From Minutocellus sp. GHC0000111 (lineage: Eukaryota), in NCBI GenBank assembly GCA_977018835.1, contig OZ361258.1, forward strand, positions 1,612,001-1,676,000: a DNA stretch of 64,000 bases. Direction: 5' to 3'. How positions within the stretch are numbered: the first letter of the stretch is position 1; the number at the start of each line of letters is the position of its first letter. This document shows, one piece after another, positions 22,462 through 35,080 of the stretch. The notes under the pieces were generated by a model. It did not search any database and had not been told where the DNA came from. It was given only the letters and a program-made list of their open reading frames with translations. The position numbers and the translations under genes were made by a program.

Positions 22462-25400
22462 ATGGCGGCAAATGAGTTGAATAAGGTGGTGGCTGTGAGC
22501 AGCCCTGATATCATACAATCGCTGCCTCCTTCGTCCCACGATAATATGGATTTGGTGGCTCTGTGCACTGCCTCGACCGAGGGCGACGCCAAGGTGGTCC
22601 GGAGGCTGCTGATCACAAGTTCGGTACCGGCGGCACAGGCTCCAACCGGACCCGACGACCCTCTCCTCCCCTCGCCGGCCGAGTGCCGCTCCCTCCACGA
22701 TGCGCTCTTTGGGTTTGCCGGGGAAAGCAGGGCTTAGGGGGACAGCGGCGATGAGTCTGGGGGCGTTGGTGAAGGCATGAGCGCTGGGACCAAAAGGAAG
22801 CGTCCCGTTGGTGCATCAGCATGTGCCTGCTCTGACGAGGGAAAGTGGGGAGATAGTACTGCTGCAGCTGCTGCAGCAGAGTCCAGCCCAAGTCACATGC
22901 ATCTGCCCACCAAGGAAGAGGACATCGTTGCACTTATTCGTGCACTGCTGATGATACCAGGGACGACGTATGTGACTCCTTGGGAGGCTGCCGTGTGCGC
23001 AGTATCGGCCATCCAAACTAGATCGGGCGTCTTTGGACAGCGCCAGTCTGAAGAAGCGGTTCAAGCACATGTGGAAGGGAAGATGACGATGGCAGAGGCC
23101 GTGGTGGCCGAGATTGGCATCTTTCTGGGAACAGTGGGGTACTCCCCACGTAGAAGAACAACAGAGAAAGTGGATCAGTCGACTGCAGGTGATGCCGAGA
23201 GGACACAAAGGGCGTTGCTGAGCAGGCTTGCAAATTTGATTGTTCCGCCTTTGTTATTGGAGAGAGCTGATGGCAATGATGGTGACAACGATGATGCTAG
23301 CCAGGGCGAGTCTGCCAAAGGGCAAGGGACGAATCGTGATGGAATCGTAGCCGCTCTTGGGTTGCTCCCTGCTTTGTTTGGTGCTGCGAAACGAATGGGT
23401 CGAGGCAGTGCTGGTGGTATTGGTACTGCTTCAGATCTCATTTCCTCCATTTTGGATCGGCTGGTACCGCCTGAATCGTCAGGTACTGTGAATTCATTCA
23501 ATGGCGAAATCAGTGGCAGTGACGACAATAGCAGTAAAGGGATGAAACCAGCGATGGTGGCACTGCTACTTCCAACCTTGGTATCATTGGGTCCTCACAT
23601 CGATAAGCAGCGTTGGTTGGATGCTCGAGCACTAATCACAAGGGCATTGGCGGATATTTCCGTTGCCGATCTCCCTGCTCTTGCTACAAATCTGGTCGAT
23701 CAGATCATTAGCAGCAGAAGCAGTGAGAATCAAATTCCAGTTGAAGCCAGAACAAATGGTAGTGATGAGGCAGCATCGTCTACGGCTCAAGCCAGAAGCC
23801 CAAGATCGTCCTGGTGCAAATTACTGTTGCGACTGTATCAGCACGCTGCTGATGCCGATTCATCCACATTCGGCGCAGCATGTCAAGCTACAAACACAGC
23901 GACTACTTCGTCGATCCTTTCCGCGATCAAGCTAGCTCTTGCTAAAAGATTTGCAACAATGTCATCGGCAAATCTGATTTGGCTAGTAGATGCAATCAAA
24001 GATGTTGCGACACGGAGTGACGAGGCTGACACTCGTACTCCTCAATGGGTTGCATCTAATATCATTCTCTTGATTGGCGCTACCAGTGGGCCAAATGAAT
24101 GCAGCACAGCACGCATAATGGTGGACCGGGCAATTCTCGGGAGTACTTCTGTGAGCTCATCGGGACGAAGGAGAAGGAGGGGCTCCACGCCCGTTAGTTG
24201 CTACGCCTTGGACATTCTCCTTGAATTTGCCGAGGTCGAAAGCATGCTTAGCGGAGAAAATCAGCAAGAACGCCGTCTGACTTTGCCTGATTTGAGAAAC
24301 TATTTAATAAGGTCAAAGACAAAGCGAAATCATGAATTGTGCGAGAAAGTCATACAGAGGCTGGAAGTATTCATAGCACAAGCGATGTTTCTCGGTGGTC
24401 GGCTTTGCTGCGAATCCGGTGGGAACTGTAGGTATGATGTGGTCAAGGCTCATGTGAGGCGATATCTTGACTTTGCAAATGGTGTTTTTGCACAACTTGA
24501 CTCAGATGCGTCGACCCTACTCGCAGAACAGAAAGTCATTCTTCGCCTTTGCTTTGCATTGGCCATCTACACAGTGGTTTTCGAGGGGGTTCCTGAATTG
24601 CGTCAAGATATCCTCTTGATTTTGACCCGTGAGCTTTGCTCCGATGATTCCGGTAGCAGCATGCACTATGATTTGGCGTTGCTGGCTTTGTGCTCCAAGG
24701 CACAAGAACAAAATGAGCGTGAAGTAGCAGATGAAGAGAGCGTCGATATTGATGCTGCCGCCGGCGTATCAGAATGTTTCGACGTACTTGTCGATGTGTT
24801 GAATGGGAGAAGAACTGCTGGCAAAGATAGCGAAGACGCCTGTCAAAACCTCGAGCCTTTACCAACGCATGTCCTCCGCACCGTGGCGCAAGTTTTATGT
24901 TCAGTCTCATCGAAAGGGCGTCAAGCCATTTTCGATGTGGCGACTCAGTTGATTTCTTCGCTGACAAAGTCAACGGTCGAGTTGCCTCCACACTTAATCT
25001 CGGTTTCGCGAATTCCAGATTCTGCTCCTCTCGCCATTGATCTACTATGTCTCCTTCTTCGCCCCACTGGTAGCTTTGCTCGAGATTCATATTTTTCTTC
25101 CAGTCTAGCGAAGCTCTGCAACATCATGGTATTGGACGCCCCACCACTGGACCTCGCCGCCCGCCAGGCTCTGTATAGCCACCTCAGTGGCCTCGCCAAA
25201 GAGGGAGAATTGGATGCGTGGACATGCGCTCGTTTAGAACGAGCTGCCATTTGCACACTGCTGAAGTATTTCGGCTCTATCTCCGAGCCTAGTAGCGGAC
25301 CTGATGATAGGAATGATATCTGCACAATGAGACTTGCTTTTCTTCCAGAGAGATCATTTACCTCATGGTCGAGGTTAGACGGAGAATCAAGGCGACGAAC

Positions 25401-28395
25401 ATTTCACGTTACTCAAGTTGACGATATTTCAATGTTGCTAGAACTAATCCTTGCCCTGAGAGCAGCTCGATTGGGCGACCATCGAAGCCTCTCAAAAACC
25501 CTGGTAAAGGCCATCGGGGAAGGATCGTCACCTGATATTCTTGATTGTTCAGCAACCGCCGTAGAAACAAGTACGCAAGGTAGTAGCTCCGAGGAGGTTG
25601 ACAACCTCATCGACCAAGTTCTTTCTAATTGTCTTGGAACTGTGGCCCAAAGTATTTTTTCCTCGGAATCGACTGTTGATCGGAGCAATGGGGAGTGCGT
25701 TTGGAAGCCTTGCACGTTGCTTCGGAAGAGAATAAGCAGCGAGGAGAACGTAATCTTCGGGGCCTCGGAGACCGAGCATGCCACTACCAGGACGGCCACG
25801 AAGGAGCCCCTGTGTCCACCCAAGTGGCTCGAGTACGACGGGTCCCAATCCTTTCGGGCGACCAACGTTGATCATGAGATCGTTTTAGATTCCATTGTGC
25901 CTTCTTTGTGCAGTACAATATTCAACATCGTCCTCGGTGGTGGGTCACCAACCGCTGATGACACGGAGCATGCCCTCAGTCTGGCCATTTCATTCAACAA
26001 AATCATTCAAAAGACATCCGCCGTGAGAGAACAAAACGAGGGAGCTGCATCTGTCTTGATTGATGACCTCTCGACCAATCTTATCGTGCGTGCTCATCCC
26101 TATCTCGAAGCATCGACGCTTGCTCTCCGTCGATTGTTGACCGCCAAATCTACAACAAACGATGGCTCTTCGACAAACGAAAAGCGCCTTTATGTGGTCT
26201 TGAAAGGCGTTGAGAGATGCTGCCACTGTATTGAAAACATCGACAGCTACGATCTTTCGCCAGACGTTGACATCAAACAAATGGCCACGTCGCTCTGGAG
26301 GATTTATCTTGAGGTCGGTGGAGAAGATGGAGCGTGTCGCCTCATTCGCTATTTGGACGAGTGCCTTATGCGGGCCAAGGGTGCCGGCGTTCCCGACCTG
26401 GCGATCGAATCTCACGAAGACATTGACGAGCTGGTTCGAAGTGTTCGCATTGCGGTCCTCACTTCTTTGGCATCCTTAGTCAAGTATTCCCAACGAAGGC
26501 TGGGCCTAAACAATCCAAGAATATCTTTGGACGAGTTGCTGGGGAAAATTTCGTCTCTATGTTCCGATCTCTATGCCGGCTTGGACGGCAAAAGTGGGGG
26601 GATCACTCGCAATGTCTTTATGGCTTATCTCACTGCTATTGACACGTACGTCGATTTCATTTTGTCCATGGATCATAAATTGATATGGTAAGAGTTCTCA
26701 TCGGGGGCAACCGACTTGGCCCGGGCGCAAGCTTTGATTGAGTTATCGTCCATTCATTTGTGGAACATTCCCTGCAAATTTTGCCAAGATCAAGAGGCGA
26801 GAACATTCAAGACAACTTTGGATATGGCCCTCTCTGGGCTGCAGTCAGTTCGGCGACACATTGACTTTGTATTGCTATACGTTGAGGAGACTTCGATTTC
26901 GAGTAGCAACACCAATGTCAGTGGCCCACGGAATGCGTGCTGCTCTCTTTCTCATGCTTCGGTGCAATGCGTGGGGGCGCTGCAAAAAGGCTCGGCCACA
27001 TCAAAGGGCCGAAAGAAATCGTCTAGGAAAGTCATCGATGATGACTCTAGCAGCGATGACTCCTCCTCCTCTTCTAATGATGACGCTTCTTCTGACGATT
27101 ATGAATCCGACCATGACATTGGTGGGGCCCTCAAAACATCCGGGGATAGTGCAACTTCCAAGATATCTTTACCGGTCTTGCCCAAGGCTCTTCGCCGTCT
27201 GCAAGTCAATACTTCCAATGCATGGACGTGGACACAGGCGGCTGTATTCCTTGCCGTCGAAACAAATTGGGCAGAATCACAATCAATCATCAAGGCAAAG
27301 AATCTCAACGTGCGCGGACACTCGTTTCAGATGCTTGCCGCTTATGTTGCTCGCCGGCATCAGGACTTGTCATTGGCACTCAATAGTGCAACGTCCTTTC
27401 TCGAGACGGCCCAGCATACTACTCCTAGTAGTAATCACGGAAGGGAAGATGGATTGTCACCGAACCGCCAAGGTGGGAGCGACGACGAGGAGCACGAATT
27501 CGACGACAAGGATGGGCAGATCAACGACACGCTCCTGTCCGAAACATTATCCTCCACAACCAAACTAAAATTGGCCGCAACCCTCGACCGAGTCACGACA
27601 ACGCTAAGGGCGGCTCTTCGGATCATGTCAATGATGCTAAAAGATGGCAGAGATGAAGGGCGCACCGAGAGTGCCCCGAACTTGCAAAAATCAATACAAT
27701 TCTGTGAATCCCTGGCCTGTATCTGTGCCTGGTTCACCTGCAGTAATAATGGTCAAGCAATCATGACGTCGGTGGCACGGCGGTGGTTTCACAATGAGAA
27801 GGCCCACTATCGGGTCGCTAAGGCAAAAGCAAAGGCTGGCGGATATCACCTCGATCAAGATCCCATCCTCTCTCGTTTGCCAAAGGTCTTGTACCAAATG
27901 GAAGAGCTGGAGGTTTCGTTCCAGAAACTAGCGGCGATCATTTCAGCGCCTCCCAAGCCCAAGAAGAAGAACAGCAAAATTTGCCAGGCCTTTCTTGCTA
28001 ATGTTGATGCTCTTTTGCCCTCCCCCACCACAACCACCAAAAGTGCTAGTAGTACTTCGCCATCCGACGAGGACCCAAAGTCCTTCGCAGCCATTGTCGC
28101 CGAGCACAGGGATAACCTCGCTTCTTCCTCGGACTCAAAACTGAGCTCGTTCGATATGGCTCTAATTTCATTCAAAGACAAGGACAACGAACTCGGCAAT
28201 CCCACACTGGGGAAGCGCAAGCGACGTGGGCGAAATACTGCCATTGAAAAGCACCTTCGCAAGGCCCAGCGCAACGTGCTCCGAAGTCGTAACGAGGTTG
28301 TAGATGAGTGGCTTGACCTTGACGCTGATAATGCCGATCGAAATGATTCGATGGATGCCTTTGTTGATCTTGAAGACTTTTTGGTTGAGGGTTAA
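22462..28395 (+). CDS. Large alpha-solenoid protein, FANCI-like; in-frame TAG at 22735 and TAA at 26689
   Basis: ORFs 22462..22737, 22777..26691 and 26716..28395 share one frame. Leu-rich helical repeats; segments 'DLPALATNLV', 'VFEGVPELRQDIL' and 'RLPKVLYQMEELE' recall FANCI; acidic tail 'DAFVDLEDFLVEG'. Confidence 0.55.
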
Positions 28396-28490
28396 ATTCT
28401 ACTAGACTAGAGCCTACTGAGACAAGAGGCATCTCCAATTCATGCGTAACTAACGAAATTGTTTTCTAACGAGATCTCTAGTTATTACTT

Positions 28491-29934
28491 TCATACCTCG
28501 ATGGCCGTTTCTGGCGATAGCAGCAGTCCGCGAAGAATAACGCGAAACTGTAGCATCGCCCCCTTGTCTCCAACGGTTGTCTTGGCCGTGACAATCATGC
28601 CCGGAGAATCTACCAGTGTCGAGAAGGGAACGCCAGCAGTACCAATCACGTCTGTTCCATTCATTACAGTAAAGACAACATCTTCTTTTGTTGCAGCCAG
28701 CTCTTGTGTCAAGGGACAAAGGAAAGGCACGTCGAAGCTTGGATTGATTGCATCGACGCCCGCCGCATCGACCACCCGCGGCCGTTGCATACTCTTTCTT
28801 TCCCCACCTCGCCTTGACATAAACGTTGGCCTCCTCCTTTGCCACAGGAATGTTGAAGGCCTGCGCCACCAGTATCGTCAAAAGACCACACAAGGCCCCA
28901 GGTCCTTCGAATTCGGGCGATTCAAAGCTCATAAGATCAGGAACGAAAGAGTAGATACCACTCAAATTGACCATTATGTGCGCCCCGGTGACCTTGCCCT
29001 TCTTCTTCAGTCGCAGATTCTTCATTCTATTTTCAAGAAGAAGATCACCGACGGTAATGCTAGCTATTCCTAAATCATCGTGAGACGAAAGGTCGTCCGA
29101 GTCGTAGGCATCAACCGTAATGAGTTGATCGTCGTCACTGAGAATGAAATCTTTTGACTCGTTCCACACTGGATTTGTTGTGTTGCTTTTGGTGCTGCTT
29201 TTCCACGCAGGAGAAGATCCGAGCGTCGTCTTTACAAAGACATCGGGAATATCTCGATTCAACAGACGTCCTTGGACCTTGAATCCGCCGCCACCGACTA
29301 TGGTCAGGCGTGCAATGCCCTGTGGCTCCTGATATGCATCAAAGATTGTGGAGGTTAGGTCCATTTTTGTGAGCATGCGATTGGGTAGCACCATCATCCC
29401 GGCTAACGTCTGATGGATGGTACTTCGAATTGTATCATCGATGATGGACAGATCTGCGATTTGAGCTGCCCCTGTAAAGTCCAGTTCGATCTGAGGTGGA
29501 TTGATAAATGCTACCTGAATGGCCGATACAAGAGGTAGCTTATCGATCAGAGGCGACATGAGGACGGAGAGTCGACCATTCAATTTGATCGAACGAACTC
29601 CAAAAGAACCGATCACGTTTGCCCTCAACCGGATATCGCAGCCGCCGTCCCAGGCAACGTCAATATCGAGCTTGATGGAATCCGAGTCCTTGGTATGAAC
29701 ATCAATCCGATCGAATGCAATGGGAGTCGATCCGAGATCAATTTTCTCGAAATGCAGAGATGACAGTGGACCAGGAAGATCTTGGAATGATGGCTCCACA
29801 GAATCTTTGACAATTTCAGCCCCTGCGATGGACATGCGACTCCATAGCTGCGCCACGATATCGTTCAACCAACCAAGAGATTCTGGACCTCCCGATGCGA
29901 TTGCCGCAGCGACTGCTCCAGCTGCTGGTGACAT
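28491..29934 (-). CDS. Extended-synaptotagmin-like SMP + C2 + C2 protein; 1-bp frameshift at ~28776
   Basis: SMP 'ESLGWLNDIVAQLW..FEKIDLG..AFINPPQIELDF'; C2 'PDVFV..NPVWNE..YDSD..DDLG'. Removing one G gives 'YATAAVVDAAGVDAINPSF'. Confidence 0.85.
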
Positions 29935-30338
29935 GATGCGATGATATGTACTAGAGAGTATGTTGGCGGCTACAATGGCGTATCTTTCGCGTGAAGAGAA
30001 GGAGGTCGAGGTTTTGGCGGACTAGCTAGCTCGGGAAAGGCCTAGATCTATTGTGCAAACCACAATATTCAGCCTCCAACTGGCTGCAGTCAAAGGGGTG
30101 GACAAGCAATGGGATTGATGGGCTGGTTTGACCATTAAGTCGATGTGGCGGCGGCGGCGCGGGCTGGCCGCATGCCGTGTGGTGGAACTTCGCGCTTCGG
30201 CGGCAAACATTTATTTATGCCCCAAAAGATATGGGCCCGCCACCGCCCGCAACCTCGAACCCTCACCCACTTTCTTCAAGTCTGAACCAACTACATGCCC
30301 AGGTAGCAACCATTCCACAGCCTCATCACCATCCAAAG

Positions 30339-33300
30339 ATGGCGTCCGCTTCACTTGATTCGCCATCGAGGCGAATTGGCAAGAAGCGGAAGCGGCCGGC
30401 GCCATCTGCTACAATCGTCATGTCGGCGTCGGCCTTCTTTTGTCAGTTTTCGTCTGTGTTGGTGGTCTGGACGCTTGGGAATCTGGCCTTGTCAGTGTTC
30501 CTGGTGGAGCGACACTTGCAAAGTGGCAGCAGCGATGGTCAGGCGAACAATTTGCGCCTACGGGAAAATGTGGCGAATGGTGGTTTGCTCAGGAGCAGCA
30601 GCACAAACAGTAGCAGTCAACAACGGGGGATCGCCGAAGACGCACATTCAACGTCAGCTCAAACATCGCCCTACATTCCAGCCACAGTAGTGATCACAGG
30701 AACTGTGCGCAATGTAAAACCCAAAGAGTTTAAGAACATTGTGGACAAGCTTCGAACATTGGGTTCCTACTTTGAGAAGTATCATATTCTCGTCTACGAG
30801 AACAATTCTCGGCAGTCTTATAAGAAGGAATACCAAAGAGTTTTGGACCAGAACCCTCTGGATTTCACCTTTGTATCAGAGGAAGTGACCGCCAGCAAGT
30901 TGGCTCGTCCAGACGATACCAATCGAACGGGGACTCCAGCAACTTACGCTGATAAAACGACGAGGTCGGCCCTGGCAAGGAACAAGGTCCTTACACTCGT
31001 TCAGGATCGGTTTGGACCTCCCAATGGCGGCTACGAGTATATGATGGTTACAGATTTTGACCACGCCTGTGGGGAGGACGACCCATCGATTGGATACTCT
31101 CCTTCGGTCATGCGAGAGGCTTTCACTCTCCATGGTGACGAGTGGGATTCTCTGACCTTCAAACATATTCCTTATTGGGACTTTTGGGCCTTTCGACAGC
31201 GTTCACCGTTGGAACCAAAGTGGTGGTACAACATGTATGGTCCATTGAAAAAGGGGAATGCAAATCAGGGAGACGTCAAGCAATGGATCAACTCGCTGAG
31301 TCCAACTTCTTTGTATGAAGTTGAGAGTGCCTTCATGATGATGGCCATTTATCGAATTGACAAAACAATTGGCGCAAAGTACAGTGGTTGGGGCTCGAGA
31401 GAAGAGGAGTACGAAGAGTCAGACTGCGAACATGTGAGTTTTCATCGCAGTATGGCAAAGCAAAATGACGCAAGGATTCGGCTTTGGCCGGTTATTTACT
31501 GCCAAGCGGCGGAAGGCTTTAGCCAACACCACGCAAAGATGGATCAGGAGATTGGTGCATTGGGTCGAGTTATCGCAAAGGATTCTACTGGTGAGTCTCA
31601 AGGTGCTCAGCCAAAAGTGAAAGACGACAAATCGCAATTGAGAGGTCGCGTAAATCTTGCAAAGTTAGGCGTCAAGTTGAATAAGAACAAGGGACGGGCA
31701 GTGAAGGGTAATGTTGAAATTCCTTCAAAGGTCATGGTACCAGCAAGAAAGCTAGTAGAGCATCAGGCCGGAAATGACATGGGTGCGACCATCAATATAG
31801 GAAATGTGATTTGGTCGAAGAATTGGCACAAGATTGCCAATGCTTGCCCTTCCGTCCCAGATTCTTACTACAAAGACCAGACCGCCAAGGTTCAGCAGGT
31901 TGGAGACCTGAAGCGATATTTTGCGGGATGCAAAGGAGGAGGTGTAATTTGGCTTCGTTCAGGCAGTACAAATCGCAACAGCGACATTTAAACCTTTATC
32001 GTTCACATTCTCCCACAAATGACCGAGCAGTTTTCATTAGTGACTTCTGACGGAGACATAGCGATACCAAGCCGCATCAAGAATGCCAAGAAATTACTCG
32101 AGAGCCCATTATTGCTGCATTGGTACACGCAGAATTGTGACGGCTGCAATGTAGAAAGCGCAAACTACCACGAGAAGCTTCGGCCTATACCGATCGGCCT
32201 TGACTTGCATTCTAGAAGAGATTATGATCCAGCATCGGGATTGAATTCAAATTCTGCCACATCAGATGTCTTGCGACACATTCTGTCTTTACGTTCAGCA
32301 GGGATGGATCATGCGAGGGATGGGACTCTCGTGGTGCCTCCATGGAATGCTGCGACCAGTGCCGAGAGAACAGCCGCCGAGAATGCAGTTGAATGCATAC
32401 CGCACGAGAAACGAGTGGATCGAATTTCAGTGGATAAAGTTTGGGAATTGCTCACCAAGTATAGGGCAGGTTTGTCGCCACGAGGCAATGGGATGGATAC
32501 TCATAGATCTTGGGAAATGCTTCTGCTCGGAATGACTCCAATTGTCAAATCAGGTCCATTGGACAAGCTCTACGATGGATTGCCAGTCATCATCGTGAAG
32601 GATTGGGAGGACCTGTGTCAGCAGAATTATCTCGAGGAACGCCTTTCGGCCCTTTCCAGCACATCTGTCCCTGACCATGTCTTTACACTTCAGCACTGGG
32701 TCAAACCGATAAGCCAAGGTCATACTATGGGGGTCACGGCAAGCAACGTGGCGCCACTGCAAGTATTGGAGGTGACGAGTAGAAATGAGCTTTGCGGTGC
32801 CTTGGCAGACAATGGCGGATGGGGATCATTGAAGACTGTTCGAATCACCTCATGCCTTCAGGGTGCGTTTGGCGGTGTGGGAAATGGCTTGATGGAATAC
32901 TACTCGATTGTTCTCGCTGGCTTGGCTGCCGGTCTCAACGTGCTCAACGGCTGTTCAGATCCCAACACGGTCCAATCCTATGGGTTGGACATTATTTCCT
33001 CTCAAGTCTCTCCTCCAGTGGCCTTGACGTGGGAAGCGGCGTGTGATGTACAAAGCTGTGAGGCTCCAGGCTACCATGGCACGTGCAGAAATCATATCAA
33101 CAACGTAGCTGGAGTCATTCGTCGCGATTTCCAATCATTTGCCAAGGCATGGCAATCTACTCATCCATCTACCGAAATTGACGCCGTTTCCATCCATTGG
33201 CGTTGCGGCGACATACTTACATTTCCGATGAGCGAGTATGGTTTTGTTCAGTACGAAACATATGCCGATGCCATTGAGTCCAGCCTAACTCAAGCCGGCC

Positions 33301-33731
33301 GCAACTCCCAGAAGATTAGTATTGGCATCGTTACTGCTCCATTAGACAGCGATCGGTGCCGTAAATTCGATTGCAAGGCCATCGACAAGTGCCTAGAATT
33401 GTTGGACGATTTGCTTTCCTACCTTCAAGGTCGATTCCCCGAAGCCACCATCAACGTTCGAAACGACAAGACCGAAGACATACTGTCCTCATTTGCAAGA
33501 ATGGTTGCGAGCGATGTTGTTATTTGTGGGCCGAGCACATTTTGCATCCTTCCAACAATATCATCAATGGATCAAGCGGCGATTGTCAAGAGTGACAAAT
33601 TATATCCCTGGACCAATGCACTTGCCAAGGTCCAAGACAATATCAAAATTATCAGTGAGCCATTCATTCCATCTACCGAGGCAAGATCATTGGAGCTGGG
33701 TGCTCTCAAGTCACGCCTTCGCAATGAATAG
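30339..33731 (+). CDS. Type II membrane multi-domain glycosyltransferase (GT-A-like + exostosin/GT47-like + fucosyltransferase-like); in-frame TAA at 31989
   Basis: TM near the N-terminus; 'ITGTVRN..YENNS..ARN..TDFD..DCEHVSFH'; 'PIPIGLD..SPRGNGMDTHRSWE..LPVIIVKDW'; 'GVGNGL..IHWRCGD..FARMV..STF'. The two ORFs are in frame across TAA. Confidence 0.75.
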
Positions 33732-33905
33732 CTAGCTAGTACGACCGCAAGTGATAGGTTTTGAGATATGAAAATTTTTGAGAAAATCCGAGATTGGGGA
33801 AACAAAAAATAAACTATCGACAAGAGGACGTCATCGCCCACGACTCATCCAGCCAGCCTCCACATTCCTTGTCCACTCCGCCCTCTAGCCCGCCCTCAAC
33901 AAAGC

Positions 33906-34691
33906 ATGCCCGAAGAGTCCATCTACAACTTTCTTGCCAAGCCGAAATCCGAGCAGGCCAAGCAGCCTCTTTATCGATCGAAGCATGATCCCAACACGCC
34001 GCTTGTTGGGAGTACCTTTGGAATCAACGGTGCTCGCAATACTGGCCTTGGCGTGAACGAAATCAAGAAGACGCAGATTGTAAGCAGTACCGTTGGACTG
34101 ACGTCTAGTAACAGAAAGCCTGATCCAACAAACTACCTCAAGAAGGGATCGAGGGCGACCATGCCAAAATCCCCAACCCGGCACAAATACAGGACTATGC
34201 AGAAACCCGCAGTGCCCTCCAGAGACGACAAGCCCGTCATGGGCATCACCACAGCCAAGGACTTTGTCAGTCACAATGCCGCCAGTGCCATTCTCAGTTC
34301 TCCACCAAACCTAGAGGAGGACGACGGAGACTTTATGCGTCATGAGGAATATGGCAAGGTCCCAGCCTATCTGTCAAACTTAAAGCAACAGATTCAGCTA
34401 GAACAGGATATCATCGACCGGCACGTCCAAGAGCAATTTGTCGACAAGGACGCTCAGGAGGAAGAGAAACTTGTTCCGATGGACGAGGCCGAGAGACAAG
34501 AACTCATCAATGCCCTCAAGCTTCGATGGGATAAGGTCAATAATGCCTACCAAATGTTTGGCCATCGAGTAGCCATTGAGAACGGGGACATTAAGAGAAA
34601 GGAGGCCCAGGAACAAGAACTGGAGCAGCTTGAGAAAGATATTGAGAAGCTGAGCCGTCCAGGTCCCATCATGATCCGGCAGACAGGATGA
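33906..34691 (+). CDS. ENKUR: Enkurin (axonemal microtubule inner protein)
   Basis: 'YRSKH', 'KPAVP..KPVMG..DFVSHN', 'YGKVPAYL', 'ERQELINALKLRW', 'LEQLEKDIEKL'. Confidence 0.88.
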   Translation: MPEESIYNFLAKPKSEQAKQPLYRSKHDPNTPLVGSTFGINGARNTGLGVNEIKKTQIVSSTVGLTSSNRKPDPTNYLKKGSRATMPKSPTRHKYRTMQKPAVPSRDDKPVMGITTAKDFVSHNAASAILSSPPNLEEDDGDFMRHEEYGKVPAYLSNLKQQIQLEQDIIDRHVQEQFVDKDAQEEEKLVPMDEAERQELINALKLRWDKVNNAYQMFGHRVAIENGDIKRKEAQEQELEQLEKDIEKLSRPGPIMIRQTG

Positions 34692-35080
34692 ATTGGCCCA
34701 GCCGTTGCATGGCCGGTAGGTGCATGGCCGGCACATGTCTTAGCACATGTATGTAGGATCACATTGTCACACCTTTAAATTAGTTTTTAGTGGGCAAATA
34801 ATTGCTACTCCCTTCAATAACTACACCTATGCCTCTACAGGGACCTCTGCTATGCAACCAGTCCTGGCACCTCTTACGTAGCAAGTTAAGTTAGATACTA
34901 GTAGAGATCTGCAGGTCCCAGGCGGCATCATCGATGGCCGATCAGTGTGTCCACTCCCGATGACCGATCCACGTGCGCACGACGGAAAGACGAAAATGAC
35001 CACTGCGCAGATGCCGCGATGCGACACTCGCAGAAGATAGATTGCAAGATACGCTCACTTTTTGACTTTATTGACCAACC

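Noticed and set aside
26688..26801. Intron starting GTAAGA that would remove the TAA at 26689
   Set aside because: The first in-frame acceptor is a non-consensus GAG with no pyrimidine tract, and the sequence reads as plausible helical coding sequence.
34840..34919. Short GGGACC..GGTCCC inverted repeat
   Set aside because: Only about 7-9 matching bases and no TSD; compatible with chance.
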